A stretch of DNA of 50,233 nucleotides from a bacterium (GCA_021811055.1 JAJZPU010000001.1:1-50233); one strand, 5' to 3'. Positions 25,310-34,380 are shown, counted from the first letter of the stretch. Program-made: numbers and translations. Notes: a model not told the origin generated them from the sequence alone.

Positions 25310-25810
25310 ATGGAAAAAGACGAACAAAAAAAAGAGGACGTCTCTTCACAATCGGAAAATTCCGAAAATGAACTTGCGATGTGTAAAAAACAGTGTGATG
25401 AATATTTGGACGGATGGAAGCGCGCGAAGGCGGATTTTATAAATTATAAAAACGATGAAACGGCACGAATACAAAGCCTTTTGAAGTTCGGAAACGAATC
25501 GTTGTTGTACGACGTACTTCCGGTATTCGACAGCTTCGACATGGGCATGGCGGTACTCAAGGAGGATGCGGAAGCAAGGAAAGGAATGAACCTTATTCGT
25601 ACGCAACTTGAAGATGTTATGAAACGGCACGGGCTGGAACCGATCGAGGCCCCTCCCGGCACGCCTTTCGATCCGGCGCGCCACGAGGCAATCGGGGAAA
25701 TGGCGTCGGATATTCCCGAGGGTATGATTGCGGAAGAAACGAAGCGGGGATACGCGTTACACGGAAAAATACTTCGTCCCGCAAAAGTGAAAATAGCAAA
25801 AAAATCGTAG
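25310..25810 (+). CDS. grpE: Nucleotide exchange factor GrpE
   Basis: 166 aa with RAKADFINYKN, LLPVFDSFD-like VLPVFDSFDM and FDP..HEA. Confidence 0.9.
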   Translation: MEKDEQKKEDVSSQSENSENELAMCKKQCDEYLDGWKRAKADFINYKNDETARIQSLLKFGNESLLYDVLPVFDSFDMGMAVLKEDAEARKGMNLIRTQLEDVMKRHGLEPIEAPPGTPFDPARHEAIGEMASDIPEGMIAEETKRGYALHGKILRPAKVKIAKKS

Positions 25811-25834
25811 TCGCATAAAAATAAAATTATACAT

Positions 25835-27775
25835 ATGGCAAAAAAAATAATAGGAATAGACCTTGGTACCACCAATTCGGCGGTAGCGGTCATGGACAAG
25901 GGTGAATTGAAGATCCTCGAAAATCAGGAAGGAAATCGCACGACCCCGTCCGTTGTCGCGCATAGTAAATCGGAGGAACGTCTTGCGGGTATGTCAGCAA
26001 AGCGTCAGGCGGTAGTGAATCCGAAAAACACCATTTTTTCGGTGAAACGTCTTATCGGAAGAAAATTTACGGACGAAGAGATAAAACGCGATAAAAGCGT
26101 GCTTTCGTATGAAATCCGCGAATCTTCGAAGGGGGGAGTGGAAGTGAAAATGGGAGACAAGTGGTATACTCCCGAAGAAATATCGGCAATGATACTTCAA
26201 AAATTGAAGTCGGACGCGGAGGCGCGGCTGGGAGAGAAAATCACCGATGCGGTGATCACCGTGCCGGCATATTTTGATGACAGCCAGCGACAAGCGACAA
26301 AAACCGCGGGAGAAATTGCGGGACTTACCGTACGGAGAATTATCAATGAACCGACCGCTGCGGCGCTCGCATACGGATTGAACAGTAAGAAGAGCGAGCA
26401 GGTGGTGGTTTATGATTTTGGTGGCGGCACATTCGATGTTTCGGTACTTGAAGTTGATTTCGATGCGTTGGGAGGAGACGTGAAGGTGCTTGCAACGGGA
26501 GGAGATACGCACCTTGGAGGGGATGATTTCGATAAACGAATTATCGAACATCTTGTGAGTGAATATAAAAAACAGGAAGGAATAGATATTTCGAAAGATC
26601 CGTTGGCGTTACAGCGACTGAAGGAAGCTGCAGAACGCGCAAAACACGAACTTTCCACGGCAATGGAAACGGAAATCAATCTTCCGTATATCACATCAGA
26701 TGCCAATGGACCGAAACATTTTCTTATGAAGCTCACGCGTGCGAAACTTGAGGATCTGGTTCACGACCTTCTCGAACGATCTATTGTTCTTGTAAAAGAA
26801 GCGGTGACGTCGCCGGCACCGAAAGGAGCAGGTTTAAAGATAGAAGACATCGATGAAATAGTGCTCGTGGGTGGACAAACCAGGATGCCCGCGATGCAGG
26901 AGGCAGTGAAGAAATTGTTTGGAAAAGAGCCGAATAAGAGCATCAATCCCGATGAAGTTGTGGCGCTTGGTGCAGCGGCGCAGGGAGAAATTATTGCGGC
27001 AAAAGACGAGGGGAGGAAGACAGAAGGAGAAGTAAAAGATATTCTTTTGCTTGACGTGACGCCGCTCACACTTTCGATCGAAACACTGGGAAGTGTTGCA
27101 ACGCCGATGATTCCGAAAAATACTACCGTGCCGACCTCGAAAACGCAGGTATTTTCGACAGCGGCGGACAGTCAGACATCAGTTGAAATACACATCGGAC
27201 AGGGGGAGCGTCCGATGATGCCGGACAATAAAACGCTCGGGCGATTTATTCTTGACGGTATTCCGCCGTCGCCTCGAGGCATTCCTCAGATCGAGGTAAC
27301 GTTCGACATCGACGCGAACGGTATTTTGAACGTATCCGCAAAGGACAAAGCGAGTGGAAAATCACAGTCGATACGCATTGAGGCATCAACGAGCTTAAGT
27401 AAGGATGAGGTGGAACGACTGAAGAAAGAAGCGGCCGAACACGCTGCCGAAGACGAAAAGAAAAGGGTGCTTATAGAAGAAAAGAATCGTGCCGAATCAA
27501 TGGTGTATGTTGCGGAAAAAAGTCTGAAGGAAAATGCGGAAAAAATTCCCGCGGACGTGAAGTCGGATGTGGAAGAAAAAATAAAGAAAGTGAACGAGGT
27601 GAAAGATGGGGATGATGCCCAGGGTATTACCGCGGCTGTCGGTGAATTATCCACGGCAATGCAAAAGATAGGCGAATCCTTGTATAATAAAGACACGAAC
27701 CAGGAAACCGGAAATACATCCGGCGGGGAGGAAAGCGGACAAACACCAAATGACACCGGGACCAACAATAACTAG
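25835..27775 (+). CDS. dnaK: Molecular chaperone DnaK (Hsp70)
   Basis: 646 aa with [31 protein letters not shown] and an acidic/Gly-rich tail. Confidence 0.97.
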   Translation: MAKKIIGIDLGTTNSAVAVMDKGELKILENQEGNRTTPSVVAHSKSEERLAGMSAKRQAVVNPKNTIFSVKRLIGRKFTDEEIKRDKSVLSYEIRESSKGGVEVKMGDKWYTPEEISAMILQKLKSDAEARLGEKITDAVITVPAYFDDSQRQATKTAGEIAGLTVRRIINEPTAAALAYGLNSKKSEQVVVYDFGGGTFDVSVLEVDFDALGGDVKVLATGGDTHLGGDDFDKRIIEHLVSEYKKQEGIDISKDPLALQRLKEAAERAKHELSTAMETEINLPYITSDANGPKHFLMKLTRAKLEDLVHDLLERSIVLVKEAVTSPAPKGAGLKIEDIDEIVLVGGQTRMPAMQEAVKKLFGKEPNKSINPDEVVALGAAAQGEIIAAKDEGRKTEGEVKDILLLDVTPLTLSIETLGSVATPMIPKNTTVPTSKTQVFSTAADSQTSVEIHIGQGERPMMPDNKTLGRFILDGIPPSPRGIPQIEVTFDIDANGILNVSAKDKASGKSQSIRIEASTSLSKDEVERLKKEAAEHAAEDEKKRVLIEEKNRAESMVYVAEKSLKENAEKIPADVKSDVEEKIKKVNEVKDGDDAQGITAAVGELSTAMQKIGESLYNKDTNQETGNTSGGEESGQTPNDTGTNNN

Positions 27776-28790
27776 CCAGGCAACGGAAGCCGAGGTGGAT
27801 CGGAATAATCTGAAGATAACGATCCTTGGGATACTCGGCATCGGAGCAAGTATTCTTGCCGCGCGCATTTTTATGGCGCTTCTTGCGGATCTTCGCACCG
27901 ATTATTTTGTTGTGTGGGGAGTATCGGTGTGCGTATTCATAACGCTTCTCATGCTTCAGACTATATTTATAAAGAGCAGAACGAAACTTCAGATGTTGAT
28001 GTTCCTTCAGGGAATCGCTCCGGCGGTACTTCTCTTTGAATATTTTTATCCAGCCGTTTCGTTTCCTCTGTTTATTGGAATATTTCTTTCGTGCTTTTTT
28101 TACATGATAGCGGCAAATAGAGGGTGGACGATACTCGCGAACAGTCTGAATATAAAATTTTCTTTTATAGCAAAAAATACGATTCCCAAAGCGCTTACGG
28201 GAGTCCTTATCTTTTCGAGTTTGTTCGCATATACCTATTATTTTGAAGCGGGAAAATTCACGAAAGATCTCGGACAATCCGTGGTATATCAGTTACTTGA
28301 CGCGTCACAACCACTGGTTGAAATGTGGTTTCCCGGCGTGAGCTTTTCGCAGAGCGGAAAAGAATTTTTTGAAAGAATAGCAACGACACAACTTGAAAAA
28401 ATTCCGTTCGAAGAAGCGGCGAAAAATCCGGCACTTGCCGAGTTCGGAAAATTGCCGGAAAAAGAAAAGCAAAAGATCATCGTTGAGGCCGGGGCGAAGG
28501 TGCGTATCGCGGCGGAAAGTTCGTTTGGCGCGTTTCCCGCGAATGAACCGGTGAAAAATTCCGTGTTTATCATAGTGCAAAGTTGGACAAAAGATATGAA
28601 ACAAAAATTCGGAGATGTTTTTTCAATAGTGCTCACAATCATCATCTTCTTTTCTTTGAAGGGTTTCTTCGCCTTATTTCATTGGCTTGCGGCACTTGTG
28701 GCATTCCTTACCTACAAATTCCTTATTGTGACGGGATTCGCGTATACAAATATAGAGAGTAGAAGTAGGGAGTTTATCCTTTTGTCGTAG
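27750..28790 (+). CDS. Hypothetical multi-pass membrane protein inserted between dnaK and dnaJ
   Basis: 346 aa with ~5 N-terminal TM helices, a ~130-aa hydrophilic domain and 2 C-terminal TM helices. The annotated ATG overlaps the dnaK 3' end by 26 nt, so the start is uncertain. Confidence 0.65.
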   Translation: MTPGPTITSQATEAEVDRNNLKITILGILGIGASILAARIFMALLADLRTDYFVVWGVSVCVFITLLMLQTIFIKSRTKLQMLMFLQGIAPAVLLFEYFYPAVSFPLFIGIFLSCFFYMIAANRGWTILANSLNIKFSFIAKNTIPKALTGVLIFSSLFAYTYYFEAGKFTKDLGQSVVYQLLDASQPLVEMWFPGVSFSQSGKEFFERIATTQLEKIPFEEAAKNPALAEFGKLPEKEKQKIIVEAGAKVRIAAESSFGAFPANEPVKNSVFIIVQSWTKDMKQKFGDVFSIVLTIIIFFSLKGFFALFHWLAALVAFLTYKFLIVTGFAYTNIESRSREFILLS

Positions 28791-28895
28791 ACAAAGGAAA
28801 ACTTTAGTTTTTAATTTCCAATTTTTAAATAAATTCAAAATTTCAATATCTAAAGTCCAAAGCCGCATTTAATATTTGGATTTAGTGTTTTATCC

Positions 28896-30005
28896 ATGTC
28901 TAAAGATTATTACAAAATATTAGGAGTTGAACGAAATGCATCTGACGATGAGGTGAAAAAAGCGTATCGAAAACTCGCGCATCAACATCACCCCGATAAA
29001 CAAGGAGGTGATGAAAAAAAATTCAAAGAGATAAATGAGGCATACCAGGTGCTTTCAAGCAAGGAAAAGCGCGCGCAGTACGATCAGTTCGGGACCACAT
29101 TCGACGCCGCTGCGGCCGGAGGTTCGGGTGGATTTTCCGGATTCGGAGGTTTCAATCCGAACGATTTTCAGAACTGGAATTTTCAGGAGGGATTCGGCGG
29201 AAATGATTTCGGTGATATATTCGAAACGATTTTTGAACAATTTGGTGGAGGGCGGGGACGGAAACAGGAAAGTGATCATCGTGGAGGAGATGCCGAAACG
29301 GAAGAGGTCCTTACCCTCGAAGAGGCGTTTCGTGGAGTGGATCGTGTAATAAAATTCAAAACGCACATATCGTGTCTAAAGTGTGGCGGTGCGGGTCATG
29401 ACGCGGCGAAAGGATTCGGAACGTGCGCAAAATGCAAGGGAAAGGGAGAGATCCGTGTAGAGCGAAAAACGGTGTTCGGGAATTTTTCACAGATCGCAGT
29501 ATGCGATACGTGTAGAGGGAGCGGAAAGACGCCGAATGCGATATGTTCCGTATGCGGAGGAAAGGGGCGAGTTTCAGATATGAGGGAAGTAAAATTTTCC
29601 ATTGCCCCCGGAATTGAGGATGGGCAAATACTTCAGATACGGGGCGGAGGAGAAGCGGGAGAGCGCGGCGCACGATCGGGAGATTTGTTTGTGCGCATCC
29701 GCGTGAAGCCCCATGCCGTTTTTTCCCGAGAGAAGGAGAATCTTTTTATGAAGAAGGATATTCGTGCGACCGACGCATTACTTGGAAAGAAGATAGTTGC
29801 GAAAGACATCGGAGGGGAGGAGTTTCACTACTTTGTACCGGAAGATTTTGATATGAGCCAACCTCTGAAGATAAGAGGAAAAGGAATGCCGAAATTTGGG
29901 TCGTCATCCCGCGGAGATTTGTACATACAATTTTCAATAAAAACACCGAAAAAACTCTCGAAAAAAGCAAAAGAACTCCTGGAGGAACTGGATGGAGAAA
30001 TTTGA
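28896..30005 (+). CDS. dnaJ: Molecular chaperone DnaJ
   Basis: Has the J domain (DYYKILGV...HPDK), a G/F region, and four CxxCxGxG zinc motifs ([32 protein letters not shown]). Confidence 0.95.
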   Translation: MSKDYYKILGVERNASDDEVKKAYRKLAHQHHPDKQGGDEKKFKEINEAYQVLSSKEKRAQYDQFGTTFDAAAAGGSGGFSGFGGFNPNDFQNWNFQEGFGGNDFGDIFETIFEQFGGGRGRKQESDHRGGDAETEEVLTLEEAFRGVDRVIKFKTHISCLKCGGAGHDAAKGFGTCAKCKGKGEIRVERKTVFGNFSQIAVCDTCRGSGKTPNAICSVCGGKGRVSDMREVKFSIAPGIEDGQILQIRGGGEAGERGARSGDLFVRIRVKPHAVFSREKENLFMKKDIRATDALLGKKIVAKDIGGEEFHYFVPEDFDMSQPLKIRGKGMPKFGSSSRGDLYIQFSIKTPKKLSKKAKELLEELDGEI

Positions 30006-30028
30006 CGAAATTTCTATTTCTGTATAAT

Positions 30029-30187
30029 ATAACCGTACACCCGTAGACAGCTCCGACGTTTCAGTCGGAGTCCCGACCAGGAAAATGTGTCGGGACAGGT
30101 AGCTAGAAATAGCGTAAGATCCTGCCGAGGAAGACGAACAGCATATTTTGGTCTGCGGCGTAAAGGTCGGAGATTTTTTTGTTTCAT
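30029..30187 (+). promoter_or_regulatory. Structured 5' leader of rplJ (candidate L10-leader autoregulatory element), preceded by TTGACG-15-TATAAT
   Basis: TTGACG is at 30002-30007 and TATAAT at 30023-30028. Hairpins are CTCCGAC/GTCGGAG (30051-30070) and TCCCGAC/GTCGGGA (30071-30095). GTCGGAG recurs at 30166-30172 before a U-run at 30173-30180. ATG is at 30188. Confidence 0.4.
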
Positions 30188-30685
30188 ATGAAGACAAAAG
30201 CACAAAAGGAAGAAAAAATAGAGAAAAGCGTAAAAATCATCGGTGAAAAAAACACGGTTATTTTTGCCGATTTCACCGGTACGAAGGTGAATAATATGAA
30301 TGCGCTCCGGAAGACGTTACACGAGACGGAGACAAAGCTTGAAGTGTTTAAAAAACGCCTTTTTCGCGTCGCACTCCAGAAAAGCGGATTCGAATTTAAT
30401 CCGGAAACCCTTGGTGGACAACTTGGGGTCATCTATTCGGATAAGAATATAGATGAGATCGCCGGTACGATATGGAAATTCGCAAAACAGAACAAAACCT
30501 TCAAGATTCTCGGAGGATTGCATCTTCGCGAGAAGACATTCGTTCCGGGAGTGGAAGTGGAAACAATAGGACAATTACCGTCGCGCGATGTACTCATCGC
30601 ACAGGTGGTGGGGACGATTGCGGCACCGATAAGCGCATTTCTCTATGTGTTAAGTGAACGCGGAAAACAATTACAGTCGAAATAA
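30188..30685 (+). CDS. rplJ: 50S ribosomal protein L10
   Basis: 166 aa, [18 protein letters not shown]...[21 protein letters not shown], immediately upstream of rplL. Confidence 0.92.
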   Translation: MKTKAQKEEKIEKSVKIIGEKNTVIFADFTGTKVNNMNALRKTLHETETKLEVFKKRLFRVALQKSGFEFNPETLGGQLGVIYSDKNIDEIAGTIWKFAKQNKTFKILGGLHLREKTFVPGVEVETIGQLPSRDVLIAQVVGTIAAPISAFLYVLSERGKQLQSK

Positions 30686-30699
30686 ATTTATTCATTACT

Positions 30700-31065
30700 A
30701 TGGAAAAATATAATGATATCATCGAGAAGATAGAAAAAATGACCGTTGTCGAGCTCGCGGAGCTCGTGAAGGTCCTTGAGGAAAAGTTTGGAGTGACCGC
30801 GGCGGCACCGGCAGCGGCAGGTGCGGCAGGGGGAGCAGCGGAAGCGGTGGAAAAGACCGAATTCAATGTTGTATTGAAGGCGGCGGGAGATCAGAAAATC
30901 AACGTTATCAAGGTGGTAAAGGAGGCGACCGGACTCGGACTCAAGGAAGCGAAGGATATTGTTGACAGTGCTCCGAAAGCGGTGAAGGAAGGAATGAAGA
31001 AGGAGGATGCGGAAGAACTCAAGAAAAAACTTGAGGATGCGGGGGCAGTGGTGACATTGGAGTAG
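30700..31065 (+). CDS. rplL: 50S ribosomal protein L7/L12
   Basis: 121 aa with [15 protein letters not shown], an Ala-rich hinge, and C-terminal [27 protein letters not shown]. Confidence 0.97.
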   Translation: MEKYNDIIEKIEKMTVVELAELVKVLEEKFGVTAAAPAAAGAAGGAAEAVEKTEFNVVLKAAGDQKINVIKVVKEATGLGLKEAKDIVDSAPKAVKEGMKKEDAEELKKKLEDAGAVVTLE

Positions 31066-31068
31066 TGG

Positions 31069-31219
31069 AAAAGAAGGGTTTGTTGTTTTTAGCACCGGTT
31101 GTTGTTTTGCTCCAGCGGCAAAACCCAACCTACACTCTCGTCCCGACGGCTCCGGCGTTGCCGGATACCAAGCCCATCGGGGACTCCGAGGGTTGCTAAA
31201 AGACAACAAACCTTCTTTT
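31069..31219 (+). ncRNA. ~150-nt Y-shaped structured element: a 25-bp closing stem encloses two GC-rich hairpins and ends in a U-run (elaborate rplL terminator, processing site, unknown ncRNA, or MITE-like insert)
   Basis: 31069-31094 pairs with 31194-31219 (25 bp, two 1-nt bulges). Inner hairpins lie at 31097-31130 and 31134-31193, the latter containing CCGGC-GUU-GCCGG. G-U wobbles (31087/31202, 31136/31191) fit only the plus-strand RNA. The core is clearly more GC-rich than the surrounding intergenic DNA. Confidence 0.45.
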
Positions 31220-31427
31220 TGTGGGTGGTGTGATTTTTACGGGACTTCCGAGACACTTTTCTCAATAATAAAGAGACCTTTTCTTCTCCGTGTTTTTCGG
31301 AGATTTTGAGAGTTGTCAAAGAAACAAAGAGCTTATTTTTTTTGATGCAATTAATGGGAATTCCGAGAGCCACCGTAAAACATTTTTGTTTTATTTCTTT
31401 TGGTAGATTGTTTATTATAAATACGAA

Positions 31428-31504
31428 GGGCGCTTAGCTCAGATGGTTAGAGCGTACGATTCACATTCGTAAGGTCACAGGTTCGATTCCTGTAGCGCCC
31501 ACCA
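31428..31504 (+). tRNA. tRNA-Val (anticodon CAC), CCA encoded
   Basis: Manual cloverleaf: acceptor GGGCGCT/AGCGCCC, D-arm GCTC..GAGC, anticodon stem TACGA/TCGTA with loop TTCACAT, T-arm ACAGG-TTCGATT-CCTGT, discriminator A, CCA. Confidence 0.92.
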
Positions 31505-31905
31505 TGAAGATATTTCTTTCGTATAGGTTCTCCGGAGAAGATCCGAAAGAACTCGAAAAAACACTATCGGCGATAAAAAATGCGCTTGAGGAGGGGGGAC
31601 ATGAAGTCTTTTGCTCGTTTTGGAGCGAAGAAATTTTTAGAACGCACGGGTTTTCGAATAAACAGATTCTCGAATATGCCCTGGAAAAATTGAAAAGTGC
31701 CGACGCCAGCCTGATTTTTATAAAATCGGACGAAAAATCGGAAGGTATGCTTCTCGAAACGGGGTATGCATTCGCGCTTGGAAAGAGAAAAATACTTGCA
31801 ATAAGAAGCGGGATACCGACGGTGTTCTTGCGTCAGATCGCGAATGAAATAGTCGAATTCGATTCAATCGACGATTTGTGCGGGAAGTTAAAGAATTTAA
31901 GATAA
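31504..31905 (+). CDS. Nucleoside 2-deoxyribosyltransferase / DNPH1-like (TIR-like Rossmannoid) small protein
   Basis: 133 aa. The N-terminal strand is MKIFLSYRFSGED. The motif SEGMLLETGYAFALGKRKILAI matches the (D/S).G...E.G.A.A.GK signature of NDT/DNPH1-type N-glycosidases. The ATG shares its A with the tRNA-Val CCA end. Confidence 0.65.
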   Translation: MKIFLSYRFSGEDPKELEKTLSAIKNALEEGGHEVFCSFWSEEIFRTHGFSNKQILEYALEKLKSADASLIFIKSDEKSEGMLLETGYAFALGKRKILAIRSGIPTVFLRQIANEIVEFDSIDDLCGKLKNLR

Positions 31906-31912
31906 TGATTTT

Positions 31913-32548
31913 ATGAAAATAACGAAATTTGGACATTGCTGTCTGCTTATAGAGGAAAACGGATTACGGATACTGACCGATCCGGGCACGTATTCAACGG
32001 ATCAAAATGATGTAGACGTCGTAGATATTGTTCTTATTACACACGAACATCACGATCATCTCCATATGGAGTCATTGAAAACGATTTTGAAGAACAATCC
32101 GAATGCGAAAGTCATCACGAACAAAACCGTGGGGGCTATTTTAGAAGAGGAGCGTATTTCTTTCGAAATTCTTGAACATGGAGAACACATCACAATCGGA
32201 GGAGTATTGATTGAGGGGTTCGGAAAAAAACACGCGGTGATATACTCTTCAATGCCGCAGACGCAAAATACCGGATATTTTATCGGAAAAAAACTTTTTT
32301 ATCCTGGGGACGCATATACCGATCCGCAGAAGCATATCGACGTGCTTGCGCTTCCCGTCGCGGGACCATGGGTGAAATTAGAGGACGCAATCGATTATGT
32401 GATCACAATAAAACCGGATGCGTGTTTCCCCGTACACGACGGGAATCTAAAATCGCCGGGAGCTGCCCATCGAATTCCGGAACAAGTATTGGAAAAAAAG
32501 AAAATCCGTTTTTCAGTATTGGAAATAAAAAAGGAATATCAATTCTGA
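31913..32548 (+). CDS. MBL-fold metallo-hydrolase
   Basis: 211 aa with ITKFGHCCLLIEENGLRILTDPG and the HxHxDH motif (ITHEHHDHL). Confidence 0.85.
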   Translation: MKITKFGHCCLLIEENGLRILTDPGTYSTDQNDVDVVDIVLITHEHHDHLHMESLKTILKNNPNAKVITNKTVGAILEEERISFEILEHGEHITIGGVLIEGFGKKHAVIYSSMPQTQNTGYFIGKKLFYPGDAYTDPQKHIDVLALPVAGPWVKLEDAIDYVITIKPDACFPVHDGNLKSPGAAHRIPEQVLEKKKIRFSVLEIKKEYQF

Positions 32549-32555
32549 AAAAGTA

Positions 32556-32561
32556 TATAAT
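32556..32561 (+). promoter_or_regulatory. -10 hexamer TATAAT 6 nt upstream of ATG 32568 (candidate leaderless promoter)
   Basis: Reads TATAAT-gaacac-ATG with no SD. Confidence 0.45.
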
Positions 32562-32567
32562 GAACAC

Positions 32568-32864
32568 ATGGGACAGATAAAGGAAAAAATAGAGAAGATA
32601 AAAGAAAAAGGAAGTGGGGTAAAAGAGGAAGTGCGGGAAAAAACACTCGGATATATTCTCGCCGCGCTTGGACTTGTTGCCGGTCTCTCGTGGAACGAGA
32701 CAATAAAAGCGTTTATCGAATATTTTTTTCCACTGAACGAAAATTCTCTTTTTGCAAAGCTCGTTTATTCGATATTTATCACGTTTGTAGTGGTGTTTTT
32801 AAGCATGTATATGACGAAGCTTTTCAGGAAGGGAAGTGGGGAATCGAGCGAAAACCAGTATTGA
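32568..32864 (+). CDS. Hypothetical small two-TM membrane protein with Lys/Glu-rich N-terminus
   Basis: 98 aa. Has MGQIKEKIEKIKEKG... followed by helices LGYILAALGLVAGLSW and LVYSIFITFVVVFLSMY. Confidence 0.6.
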   Translation: MGQIKEKIEKIKEKGSGVKEEVREKTLGYILAALGLVAGLSWNETIKAFIEYFFPLNENSLFAKLVYSIFITFVVVFLSMYMTKLFRKGSGESSENQY

Positions 32865-32927
32865 AACATTGCAACTGTTGATAACTTGAATGTAATGTAG
32901 AAAAACATAGAAGAATAAAGGCTTTTT

Positions 32928-32955
32928 CACCTCATCCACGGGGTGTTTTTCTTTT
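32928..32955 (+). terminator. Rho-independent terminator
   Basis: CACCTC (32928-32933) pairs with GGGGTG (32940-32945), with one G-U pair, followed by TTTTTCTTTT. Confidence 0.5.
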
Positions 32956-32984
32956 CGTCTCTCATGGTGTATGATGATTGGGAA

Positions 32985-33034
32985 GTGGGGAATTGTGGAT
33001 AACAGTGTGGATAAGTACCCATTGTGGGGGATAA
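32985..33034 (+). promoter_or_regulatory. Direct GTGG-core repeats upstream of mraZ (candidate MraZ operator)
   Basis: GTGGGG is at 32985. TGTGGATAA occurs at 32994-33002 and again at 33006-33014. TGTGGGGGATAA is at 33023-33034. All lie between a TATGAT -10-like box (32970-32975) and the mraZ ATG at 33044. Confidence 0.45.
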
Positions 33035-33043
33035 CCGAAAACT

Positions 33044-33475
33044 ATGCTTCTTGGAGAATATAAACACAATTTGGATCCGAAGGGCCGCGTCGCGGTTCCT
33101 GCAAAGTTCCGGGAAAAATTTGAAACGGGTGCGATTGTCACCCGCGGACTCGACCATTGTCTTTTCATATTCGGAAAATCCGAGTGGGAAGTGTTGGCAC
33201 AAAAAATAGTTTCTCTCCCTCTTGCACAGGCGGGCTCACGCGCATTCGCGCGTCTCATGCTTTCCGGTGCGACCGACGTTGCGCTCGACATACAGGGGCG
33301 CATTCTTATTCCCGATTCACTCCGCAATTACGCGCATTTAAAAAAACAGGTGGTGGTGACGGGTATGTATACGCGCGTCGAATTGTGGGACGTGGATGCA
33401 TGGGAGGCGTACAAGACGAAAACGGAAAGCGCCGCCGATGAGATTGCCGAAAAGCTGGGAGAGTTGGGGATATGA
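33044..33475 (+). CDS. mraZ: Transcriptional regulator MraZ
   Basis: 143 aa with MLLGEYKHNLDPKGRVAVPAKFR and a second SpoVT-AbrB-like repeat (LDIQGRILIPDSLR). It is the first gene of the dcw cluster. Confidence 0.95.
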   Translation: MLLGEYKHNLDPKGRVAVPAKFREKFETGAIVTRGLDHCLFIFGKSEWEVLAQKIVSLPLAQAGSRAFARLMLSGATDVALDIQGRILIPDSLRNYAHLKKQVVVTGMYTRVELWDVDAWEAYKTKTESAADEIAEKLGELGI

Positions 33476-34368
33476 GCATGACGCACATTCCAGTTCTTTT
33501 ACATGAAGTGGTGCGAACATTACAACCGAAAGAAGGGGAAACATTCGTTGACGGCACGTTGGGAAGCGGTGGTCATGCTGAAGTGATTCTGAACGCGCTT
33601 GGAGAGAGGGGAATGTTTATCGGTATTGATGCGGATGCGGATGCGGTTGCCGCGGCGAAAGAAAAATTCAAGCACGATTCCCGATGCATATTCGTTCACG
33701 AAAATTATGCGAACCTTCCCGAAATACTTCGACGATTGCACATTGATCGCGTGGACGGGATACTCATTGATCTTGGATTTTCCTCGACGCAGATAGACGA
33801 TGCGACACGTGGGTTCAGTTTTAAATTTCCCGACGCCGTGCTTGATATGCGTTACGGAGTGAGCGGCGACGGAGAAGCGGCACACGATATTGTAAACACC
33901 TGGGATGAGAAATCGCTTCTTTTAATATTTAAAAAATTCGGAGAAGAGCGATATGCGGGGCGTATGGCGCGGAAGATTATAAGCGAAAGAAAAAAGAAAC
34001 ACATACAGACCGTCGGAGAACTGGTGAATATCGTGGAACGGGTGGTGCCGATGCCGCGAGGGAAGCGAACCTTCATTCATCCCGCGACACGAATTTTCCA
34101 GGCACTTCGGATCGCCGTGAACAACGAACTTGAAAATCTCGACACGATATTGGGAGTGTTGCCCGAAATTGTTGCCCCTCGAGGACGGGTGGGAATCATT
34201 TCCTTTCATTCGCTTGAGGACAGAGAGATAAAAGTACATTTCAAATCGCTGGTTGCAAACAAAATCGCGTCATTTATCACAAAGAAACCAATTATTCCAT
34301 CTGTTTCGGAAGTCGGAGAAAATCCGCGGAGCAGATCGGCAAAATTAAGAGCAATAACAATTTTATAA
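33472..34368 (+). CDS. rsmH: 16S rRNA (cytosine1402-N4)-methyltransferase RsmH
   Basis: 298 aa with HIPVLLHEV, DGTLGSGGHAE, DLGFSS.Q.D, SFHSLEDR and RSRSAKLRA. It overlaps the mraZ stop by 4 nt. Confidence 0.95.
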   Translation: MSMTHIPVLLHEVVRTLQPKEGETFVDGTLGSGGHAEVILNALGERGMFIGIDADADAVAAAKEKFKHDSRCIFVHENYANLPEILRRLHIDRVDGILIDLGFSSTQIDDATRGFSFKFPDAVLDMRYGVSGDGEAAHDIVNTWDEKSLLLIFKKFGEERYAGRMARKIISERKKKHIQTVGELVNIVERVVPMPRGKRTFIHPATRIFQALRIAVNNELENLDTILGVLPEIVAPRGRVGIISFHSLEDREIKVHFKSLVANKIASFITKKPIIPSVSEVGENPRSRSAKLRAITIL

Positions 34369-34380
34369 ATTTTTAAAAAC

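Noticed and set aside
30688-31373. 173-aa and 94-aa minus-strand ORFs across rplL and the downstream spacer
   Set aside because: They are antisense to rplL and overlap the structured element. No coding features support them.
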